Shown here: in pieces, positions 56,633 through 64,000 of the stretch | How positions within the stretch are numbered: position 1 is the stretch's first letter | How the letters are laid out: each line of letters begins with the position of its first letter | Assembly: GCA_012514035.1 (NCBI GenBank) | Contig: JAAZBB010000015.1 | Coordinates: forward strand, 31,077 to 95,076 | DNA: 64,000 bases | Source of the DNA: Lentisphaerota bacterium | GTDB taxonomy: Bacteria; Verrucomicrobiota; Kiritimatiellia; CAIQIC01; Lenti-01 | Reading direction: 5' to 3' | Made by a program: the position numbers and the translations under genes | Notes under the pieces: generated by a model | Seen by the model: only the letters and a program-made list of their open reading frames with translations | The model's database searches: none | Told to the model about the DNA's origin: nothing

Positions 56633-58315
56633 GTGAAAGCTACAGCAGAACGCCTTTACTGGATTATGATTGTTGTATTGCCGTGCGCTTTTGTGTTAGC
56701 GGCGGGAGCCATGGGGGTATGGGCCTTGATGGATATGCCCGTGATGGGAATCAAGCTGGCCTTTGCGGATCATGGCATTCGGGTTGCGGCGATTGAGGAC
56801 GATGGACCCCTGGCGGGGCTGATTGTGCCAGGGGAATATGTGCGCGCCATCGGGAACGTACAATTGGAGCGTGACGACATCCTGCGTTATCCCGAATTTG
56901 TTGAGCGGAGGGATGAAAACGCCTGGTGGAACCGGCAGAGAGCCATATACGACGAATTGAAAAATAACAATCCGGTTGATCTGGCCATCGTTTCGTCCGC
57001 TCAGGAAGAAAGAACCATCCAGATCAAAACCATTCAGTGGCCGCTGCGGTCGGTGATGACGCGCGGATTTCCCGTCTTCCTGTCCGGCGCGATCCTGGCC
57101 GTCATGTCGCTCGTCATATATGCCTTGAGTCGCAGTCCGGTGCACCGCACCTGCCAGGTGTTTTTCGTGTCGCTGGGACTTTACCACATGGTGACGGCCC
57201 CCATGGCCTTGCGGGAGATTGCGCTGTGCCCCTGGATGGAGCGGGGGATGGCTTACGTGGCTTTCATCTCCGCGGGGGCTTGCATTGCCTTGGCCCATTT
57301 TTCGTTGATTTTTCCCAGGCGCAAGAAGTGGGTGGTGACGCACCCCTGGCTGCTTGGACTCCCCTATCTGTATTTTGCGGTGTCGGTTGGCCTGTATCTG
57401 GCCGGCATCACGGCGTTTGGCTCCACCTGCCTGTGGGTCGTGTTCTGGGCTCTGCTGATCGTGGGGGCTACCCTGCATGCCTATGTGACCGAGGAAGACC
57501 TGTTGCTGAAGCGCCAGATTCTGCTGTTCCTGATGATTCCCGTCTTGCTGGCCATTTTCTTCTGCATGTACATCATCATTCCCGGCGTCATGCGCACCAA
57601 CATGTTTCAATATTCGTATTTTGCGATTCTATCGATCGCCTCGGTCTTTTCAATGGCGCTGGCGGTGGAAAACCAGCGCATCTATCAAGCGGCGCTCGCA
57701 AAGGAGCAGGCCGATCTGCGGGACCGGCTGCAGATGGTGCGCGAGGTGCACGACAACTTCGGCAACGTGTTGTCCGGCATCGTGCGACTGGCAGACCGGG
57801 GGCATTTGCCTGACGGCGCGGATTCGGCCGCCTCCGCGGTGCTGCCCCAGATCCACGGGGTCGCCCAACACTGTCTGACGGAGATGCGGGACTTTATGGT
57901 GGCGATTGATCCGGTGTCGTCCCGTTGGGAAGACTACGTGGTCCAATGCCGCGAACATTTCGCAGACTATCTAGCCGCTTTCAACATCCGGCTGACCTTG
58001 CATGCGGCGATCGATGCGGCTTGCGAAACCATCCGTCCGTCGGTGCAGTACCATTTGACCGGAATTTTACGGGAGGCGCTTGGAAATGTGATCAAGCATG
58101 CGGGGGCGGATGAAGTCCATGTCGAACTGGTGGTTCGCCATGGGGGATCGGAACTGACGATTGAAGACAATGGCGCGGGGTGCCGGGAGCCCGCGCGGAC
58201 CTTCGATGCCTATGGGCTGTCCAACATGGAAGGTCGGGCCAAAGAGCTGGGCGGGAGTTTCCGCATGGAATCGACCGCCGGAGGGTGCCGGTTGCGGGTT
58301 GGATTTTCTCCCTAA
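56633..58315 (+). CDS. membrane sensor histidine kinase (HisKA_3/HATPase_c, NarL-partner type)
   Basis: Six to seven transmembrane helices. H-box VREVHDNFGN. ATPase motifs REALGNVIKHA and EDNGAGC. Start codon uncertain: GTG 56633 or ATG 56666. Confidence 0.78.
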   Translation: MKATAERLYWIMIVVLPCAFVLAAGAMGVWALMDMPVMGIKLAFADHGIRVAAIEDDGPLAGLIVPGEYVRAIGNVQLERDDILRYPEFVERRDENAWWNRQRAIYDELKNNNPVDLAIVSSAQEERTIQIKTIQWPLRSVMTRGFPVFLSGAILAVMSLVIYALSRSPVHRTCQVFFVSLGLYHMVTAPMALREIALCPWMERGMAYVAFISAGACIALAHFSLIFPRRKKWVVTHPWLLGLPYLYFAVSVGLYLAGITAFGSTCLWVVFWALLIVGATLHAYVTEEDLLLKRQILLFLMIPVLLAIFFCMYIIIPGVMRTNMFQYSYFAILSIASVFSMALAVENQRIYQAALAKEQADLRDRLQMVREVHDNFGNVLSGIVRLADRGHLPDGADSAASAVLPQIHGVAQHCLTEMRDFMVAIDPVSSRWEDYVVQCREHFADYLAAFNIRLTLHAAIDAACETIRPSVQYHLTGILREALGNVIKHAGADEVHVELVVRHGGSELTIEDNGAGCREPARTFDAYGLSNMEGRAKELGGSFRMESTAGGCRLRVGFSP

Positions 58316-58333
58316 ACAGCGGGCCGGTCCGAT

Positions 58334-58993
58334 TCAATCGTCGATTTCCTTGGTGCGCCGGTAAATGGCCCACCGCACGAGATCGGTTTGACTGTCGATG
58401 TCGAGCTTGCGGCGGATGTTCAAACGGTGGGTTTCCACTGTTTTCACGCTGATATCCAATGCCAGCGCGATGCGGGCGGTGGTGAGTCCCTCCGCAAGCA
58501 AATCGAGAATTTGCTGTTCCTTCTTCGACAATGACGCGCGGATGGGCGGGGAGAGACGGTGGGGAAGGCGACAAGATTGGATCCGCCAGCGTTTCTCCAG
58601 TTGGGGGGATTGATAGATCTGTCCGTTGAGAACCGTACGGATGGCATGGACGATTTCGTCTTCCGGCTGATCCTTCCTGACCAGACCCCGGGCGCCGACG
58701 GAAAAGGCGGCCGGAGCGCTGATCATTTCGTCGTGGCAGGTGAAAATCAGTATTGGAATGGCAGGGAACGCCGCCGTCAGATGTCGGGTGGCGACCAAAC
58801 CATTGGTACCATTCATGGAGATGTCCATGATGATCAGATCGGGCATATGCGTTTGCAAAAAGGCGCTGGCCGATTCAGGGGTCGGGCAAGCACCTACAAT
58901 GGATAAATCCGGGTGCCGGGCCAGCAGGATGCGCAATCCCTCGTGCACGATCGGGTGGTCATCCACCAGGAGAATATGACGGGTTCGGCTCAC
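58334..58993 (-). CDS. response regulator, NarL/LuxR family
   Basis: REC domain (ILLVDDHPIV, DLIIMDISM) plus a LuxR helix-turn-helix (LTTARIALALDISVKTVETHRLNIRRKL). Confidence 0.88.
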   Translation of the reverse strand: MSRTRHILLVDDHPIVHEGLRILLARHPDLSIVGACPTPESASAFLQTHMPDLIIMDISMNGTNGLVATRHLTAAFPAIPILIFTCHDEMISAPAAFSVGARGLVRKDQPEDEIVHAIRTVLNGQIYQSPQLEKRWRIQSCRLPHRLSPPIRASLSKKEQQILDLLAEGLTTARIALALDISVKTVETHRLNIRRKLDIDSQTDLVRWAIYRRTKEIDD

Positions 58994-59008
58994 GGCGCGG
59001 GGACGGGA

Positions 59009-59653
59009 TCAACTGAGGTGATTTTCCCACAGAACGGCCTGCTGCATCAAGTGGGACAGGTCGCCCAGGCGCAGCTTTCTTTTGATCCGGAGTCGATAGG
59101 CATGCACGGTATATTCGCTCAAGTGCATCACTTCGGCAATATGCTGGGTTGTGTAGCCCTTGCCGAGGAATCGAAAGAGTTCCAATTCGCGATCCGACAG
59201 CAGGTCCCGGGGTGCCTCGGAGAAAGTCCGGGCGTTGCCTGATGCCACTGGGTCCGAACGCGCCTGACCGCTGAGCACGGTCTTTACGGTACTCAGCAGC
59301 TTCTCAGGTGAGGCAGATTTGGGAAGGAATTCGCACGCGCCCGAGCGGAAGAGCCGAGGGGCATACTCTTTTTCATCGAGGACACTGAAAACGAGAATGG
59401 GGGTTTGATGGTGAAATTTAGAAAAAAGCCAGACGAGTTTAAGACCGTCACAGTCTCTGATTGCCGGCTCCATGATGATCAGGTCGGGGTGGGGACGATG
59501 CAGCCACTGAAGGCATTCATCCCGAGTCGCGGCTACTCCGATAACCTCCAGTTGGGCTTGCCGAGTCAACCAGGCAGTCAATCCTCTGGAGACGGCAGGA
59601 TAAGGTTCCACCAGCAGAATCCGCCTCCGGCCAGGTTCAGAAGCACTCATCAT
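59009..59653 (-). CDS. response regulator, NarL/LuxR family
   Basis: REC domain (ILLVEPYPAV, DLIIMEPAIRDCDG) plus a LuxR helix-turn-helix (HIAEVMHLSEYTVHAYRLRIKRKL). Confidence 0.85.
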   Translation of the reverse strand: MMSASEPGRRRILLVEPYPAVSRGLTAWLTRQAQLEVIGVAATRDECLQWLHRPHPDLIIMEPAIRDCDGLKLVWLFSKFHHQTPILVFSVLDEKEYAPRLFRSGACEFLPKSASPEKLLSTVKTVLSGQARSDPVASGNARTFSEAPRDLLSDRELELFRFLGKGYTTQHIAEVMHLSEYTVHAYRLRIKRKLRLGDLSHLMQQAVLWENHLS

Positions 59654-59991
59654 GTTTACATGATTACTGCCAAATACATTCGAATATCAAGAAAACAGTA
59701 TCATGAATTCAGCCAGACTCGGAAACGCCGCGTCGTTACTGATTCCCAAAAGTATACAAAAAACCCCGATAGACTTAACGCCTGCGATTGTGCCAATTTC
59801 AAAACAAGCGGGAGTCTCATTATGTATAAGTATATACAATAAGAATATTGACTCACACATGTGAAGATGCTTGACGGCCTCTGTGTTCAGTAGTCAAACT
59901 ATTTATGGAAAAAGAACCTTACCAGACAGAATGTCATCCGGTGACATAATGAGCGGACCACAACTAGCGAATTCAAAAGGACAATCGAACG

Positions 59992-61101
59992 ATGAGCCAG
60001 GGCAAATCCAGGATAGCGGTGATGGTGCTTCTAATCGGTTCTGTTATCATGGCATCAGGGGCAACGCCATATGTGGAAACATGGAATGAGGATATTCAGG
60101 GATGGGGGGATCGGGACGCCGCGGGCTTAGCTGTCCAACATGATTCTGAATCGGGCATTCCCCCGGGAGCCCTCATGGGGATGTTTTCGCCGCAGGAAGT
60201 TCCAATGCCCGAGGCGGACGCATTCCATGCAACCGCGACTTCCTCTGCCGGGGCATATATTGGAAATTATTGGCAAATGCAAGACGGATTCTTCGGCTGG
60301 CGTTTCGATTTCTATGCCGCGCGGGTGTTACCTTCGGATTTGGTGGTGCGTTTCGGCGGCGCCGGAAATGTGTTTTTTACCAATGTGAAACCCCAAGTGG
60401 GTGGCACCGGGACATGGTATGCCGTACAAACGCCGGCGACATATGAGGGTTGGTTTGGCGGCACCGAAATTCAATGGTCCAATGCTCTTGCAAACGTGGA
60501 GTTTGTCGAGGTGCAATTGACCCGCAACACAACGCAAGAACAAATCTACTACATAGATAATTTCAGCAATACATCGGAAGATTCAAGCGGGGTTGTATTA
60601 TATTACTTTATCGCACGGGAGGAAAACGGCCATGTTGTGCTCCACTGGCGTACGGCCTCGGAAAATGACACGGTTGGATATTGGGTGGAACGTTGGGATC
60701 GGACCCATTGGGTTCGGGTGAATGACGAAATCATCTATGCTCGCGGTGATGACGGCATGGGTACCGCATATGCCCTGGTGGATGATAAGGCAAAAGCCGG
60801 TGTCGCTTATCGCTATCGATTGGTGGAGGAAGAGGTCGAGGGCGAACAGGTATATGGCCCATTTCACCGGATCGCAAGTGCACTGGCATTCCCTTGTCCG
60901 GTTATGCCAGCGCAGGAAGGAATGTGCATTCGTTGGTTAAGTCGTCAGGGCGAGAATTATAATATTCTGCGGACCAGTGACATGTGCGATGGATTTGTTC
61001 CGATCGCCATCGGCATCGCCGCCACGCCTCCAGAGAACGAATACATCGACAAAACGGCCGGAAGCAGAGGAATTTACCGGATCGAATTGCAGGAAGACTG
61101 A
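59992..61101 (+). CDS. secreted hypothetical protein (paralog family 1)
   Basis: Signal-peptide-like N-terminus MSQGKSRIAVMVLLIGSVIMASGA. About 52% GC. Roughly 45% identical over ~250 aa to the start of the next gene. Confidence 0.5.
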   Translation: MSQGKSRIAVMVLLIGSVIMASGATPYVETWNEDIQGWGDRDAAGLAVQHDSESGIPPGALMGMFSPQEVPMPEADAFHATATSSAGAYIGNYWQMQDGFFGWRFDFYAARVLPSDLVVRFGGAGNVFFTNVKPQVGGTGTWYAVQTPATYEGWFGGTEIQWSNALANVEFVEVQLTRNTTQEQIYYIDNFSNTSEDSSGVVLYYFIAREENGHVVLHWRTASENDTVGYWVERWDRTHWVRVNDEIIYARGDDGMGTAYALVDDKAKAGVAYRYRLVEEEVEGEQVYGPFHRIASALAFPCPVMPAQEGMCIRWLSRQGENYNILRTSDMCDGFVPIAIGIAATPPENEYIDKTAGSRGIYRIELQED

Positions 61102-61372
61102 CATTTACAAAAAGGCCCGATGGACAGCAAGCGGCAGCGGAGGCGCTTTGGCGCAGTTGAGAAAATCAAAGACGCCCATGTAGGGGCTTGAGATGTGGAT
61201 CAGGCATTTCATCATGAGCCATCTCGCCGGATCCCGACTCTCCATCATACGTTGGGTATTGCCATCGTGTGTTGATGTGCAGAAAACAACGCTGTGGTTG
61301 CCAAGTCAATGTGAAACGCCGACGTAGTCACAATGGCAGGCACATTGCGCTGTATGCAATATCGGAGAAGTC

Positions 61373-63282
61373 GTGAAAAGTATTAGTGAACTGCATGCAA
61401 TGTGGGCGGTTTTATCGCCCGCATATTCTTTCGAGGCGTCGCGCCATCTGAAAACATGGGTGGAATACGGAAAGCGGCGGCAGTTCAATGAAACAGGAGG
61501 AATGGCAGTTGCGCACGACGCTTCCGCGGGAACCCCAGCCGACTTACTCATGGGTTGGTTCGGCTTCCCGAAACATTCTGTGCCGGAAGTATATGCATTT
61601 CGGGCGGCTGAAGGTTCATCGGCCAGCGCATTCACAGGGAATGATGGGGGCCTTCCCCATGGTTATGAAGGCTGGCGATTTTCATGATCGTGCCGAACAT
61701 ATCCGTGCCGTCGGATGTTCTGGTTCGTATTGGAGGCGCGGGTTCCGTCTTTATTGTTCCTGTCAAACCGCATAATGGCGGAATTGGCGAGTGGTGTAAT
61801 TTGCACACCTTCGCATCGTATGTGGGGTGGATCGAGGGTACAGAAACGCAATGGTCCCATGCTCTCGTAAACGTGATGTACGCCGAAATTCATACCATGC
61901 GCAGCGGAACTGGTGAACAGATTTGCCGTGTGGATGGGTATGCCAACGCCGCCGATGGATTTGTCGTTCTGGAGATCAGCCAAACCTCCATCAAGATCCG
62001 CGAAAACGGCGAAGTTCGTTTCCACGTATGGTTGAACCTGGAGCCCGCATCGACGGTGGTGGTAACGGTGTCGCGCACATCCGGCAGTGAGAGCATTGTC
62101 GTTCAAAAAGGCGCGAAAATGGCGTTCGAGCCGATCCGTCGGGATGCTGGGCAGGAGGTGAGTCTTTCGCAGGCGTCGGACGCAAATTCGCCGAGCAAAG
62201 AGGCCACCTTATCGGCGTCCATAGAAGGGGGCGAGGATGTGACCAATGAAACCGTGGCCGTGGGCAGCGGTGTCGGCGTAAACCTTGCTTTCGCCTCGGC
62301 GGGAAGCGTCGCAACCGCACAGACGGGCTCTTGGTCCCGGACCGGACAGGTTAATGACGGAGTACATGCCGTTCGGACCAACGATGGTTGGACGGCGTGG
62401 ACGAACTTATCGGCGCCGGGGTTTATGGCGCTGGATCGCCAGCAAGCCTTGACGGTCTTGCGGGTGCGTTTGCTGAACTGGAACTGGTTCCGGCCGATCC
62501 AGCGGTATCAGATGGAGTTGTCGAGGGACAAAGAAACCTGGACGATCCTGGCGAATGCGAGTGTCAACGTCCGCGAAGGCGGCGCGCTATTCGAGAATCC
62601 CATCACCGGGATTCCGGCGGGCATGGCCTGGACCTGCGGGGATAAAAGGTTGGTGGGGCAGAGCGGCGTGACCTTTGAGTTCAAATCGGCCAACTGGAAT
62701 GTCTGGCGTCTGGTGACGGGGGCTCAGGCGGCGGACGAGAACCGCGACAACGAAACAGCGATGTTCATGCTGTCGATGCTGGGGTTCTCGCAGGACGCGA
62801 CAGTATTGGCAATGGCACTGGACAGGGACATTGGCGAGACTCTGGCTCTGGCCTCGCGAGGAACGACCATCGCGCGGAAGAAGGCGATCCGGGCGGTGCA
62901 GTTGATTGACGGCCTCCAGGCTTTGAGCCTGCTGAATTCCGAGTTGGAAGTCGACAGCTCCCCGTCTCCCCCGCAGGGGCAAGGACAGTCTTTGACCCTG
63001 AGTCGGGAGGGCAGTTCCATCTCGGCGCTGACCAGCGGCGGGCCGCAAAACGAGACCGATTGGCTGGCCGTGGAGGTGACCGAGGAATCGCGATCGGATG
63101 CCCGGATACTCTACAGCCAGGATTACGAGGACTGGCGGTCGTTGTCGGAGGACATGGAGGCGAATCCGGTTGCGCTGAACTTCCTGTGTCGGCTCTTCCC
63201 GGGCAATGGCGCCGCCGCCGTGTCCCATGTGGTGGATATTTGGGCGAATCCCAGCGGGATTAGGGCAGTGGAGGAATTGTGA
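61373..63282 (+). pseudogene. paralogous secreted protein with discoidin-like C-terminal region, split by a -1 frameshift in a T4 run
   Basis: Track ORFs 61373..61687 and 61684..63282 are collinear with the 59992 paralog (WRF|DFYAARVLPSDLVV against WRFS*/MIVPNISVPSDVLV). A single extra T at 61679-61682 would restore the frame. Confidence 0.5.
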
Positions 63283-63401
63283 TTGCGGGAGAAGAGTACC
63301 CGGATCATGCGGGGAAGACGGATGGATCGTCGCAATCGATAAACGGGTTAACGCGATGTGGAGCGGGTGTCGATGGGGGCGAAGGGGCGGAGGTTGTGAC
63401 G

Positions 63402-64000
63402 ATGAAGTCAAAGAACGCTGGCGGACGCGGATCGCGCTGCGGTTCTCTGGGGAACAAACTGAAGCGCGCCTCGTTGCTGATCGGGGCCTGCAGTGGATTG
63501 TGGACAGTGGCCGCCTCGGCCCAGGAATCCATCACGCATGTTGTTTTCGGTTATACCGGCAGCAATCAAACGTTCACGGTCCCGGCGAATGTGAACCAGG
63601 TCATGCTCACGATGTGGGGCGCGGGCGGCGGGGGGGGGGCGGGGACCGGCGGGGCGGGCGGTTATTCCAAGGGGTTGATTGCCGTCACGCCGGGGCAGGA
63701 GTTGACCGTCATTGTCGGCGGCGGCGGACAAGGGTGCCAATCCTTGGCACGGGGGGGCTGGCCCAACGGGGGGGATTCCGGGAATACGAACGCCGGATAC
63801 TATGGCGCGGGCGGCGGTGGCCGTTCGGCTGTGACGACGAGTGAAGGAGTTGATCTGATTGTGGCCGGCGGCGGCGGCGCGGCCGGGGCGCACCCCGAGA
63901 CGGCACAGCCGGGCGGCGCGGGCGGCGGGGAGACCGGCGAGGATGCGCCGGCCAGTCCGTGGTACGGCGACTCTGGCAAGGGCGGCACCCAATCCGCCGG
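63402..64000 (+). CDS. glycine-rich secreted protein (ALK-type glycine-rich-domain-like), 5' partial; continues beyond window
   Basis: Signal peptide MKSKNAGG...LLIGACSGLWTVAASAQE. Then TFTVPANVNQVMLTMWGAGGGGGAGTGGAGGYSKGLIAVTPGQELTVIVGGGGQG and further poly-Gly blocks. No stop before the window end. Confidence 0.55.
   Translation, partial: MKSKNAGGRGSRCGSLGNKLKRASLLIGACSGLWTVAASAQESITHVVFGYTGSNQTFTVPANVNQVMLTMWGAGGGGGAGTGGAGGYSKGLIAVTPGQELTVIVGGGGQGCQSLARGGWPNGGDSGNTNAGYYGAGGGGRSAVTTSEGVDLIVAGGGGAAGAHPETAQPGGAGGGETGEDAPASPWYGDSGKGGTQSA

Noticed and set aside
63206-63844. 212-aa ORF (MAPPPCPMWW…) overlapping the glycine-rich gene.
   Set aside because: Different frame from the signal-peptide-bearing glycine-rich protein. 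Arg/Gly-rich shadow translation of poly-GGC DNA.

Overview
This is a high-GC (~65%) bacterial chromosomal segment with five recognisable parts.

1. Nucleotide biosynthesis cluster (155-11195). Eleven co-directional genes with overlapping start and stop codons: purD-purN-purF-guaA-pyrC-pyrE-pyrF-pyrB-pyrI-pyrD-pyrK.

2. Housekeeping block (11234-25114). rluA-family pseudouridine synthase, yhhQ, an AsmA-like membrane protein, an EEP-family nuclease/phosphatase, argS, an MBL-fold hydrolase, an orphan parA, a HAD hydrolase, pyk, a CpXC protein, nth, murJ and a small P-loop NTPase.

3. Accessory surface-polysaccharide region (25305-49008). ABC-2 exporter permease and ATPase, GT4, GT2 and GT32 glycosyltransferases, a FrhB-like and polysaccharide pyruvyl transferase pair, polytopic membrane proteins, FadL and an NhaP antiporter. 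It is interrupted by an IS256 transposase remnant, a duplicated 235-bp gene fragment, a low-GC sulfatase-like gene and several copies of a modular hairpin-rich repeat family. The region ends with tRNA-Thr(CGU).

4. Repair and translation genes (49789-56460). addB-addA and efp.

5. Regulatory and secreted-protein island (56633-64000). A NarL-type histidine kinase, two tandem response regulators, and lower-GC paralogous secreted proteins, one of them frameshifted at a T4 run. The window ends in a partial glycine-rich secreted protein.

The most unusual items are:
- an in-frame 4x palindromic AT-rich tandem repeat inside pyrC;
- phased 9-bp repeat arrays (CGAATT-N3, ATCCTG-N3) that sit at the purN|purF and pyrF|pyrB junctions and also form the terminal inverted repeats of a 440-bp low-GC GxxExxY cassette;
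- a REC-HPr fusion protein sandwiched between repeat elements;
- a mosaic MITE/REP-like repeat family (modules A-D) that recurs four times, once beside the tRNA.

Product calls rest on motif and family recognition in the translated ORFs. No database searches were run.
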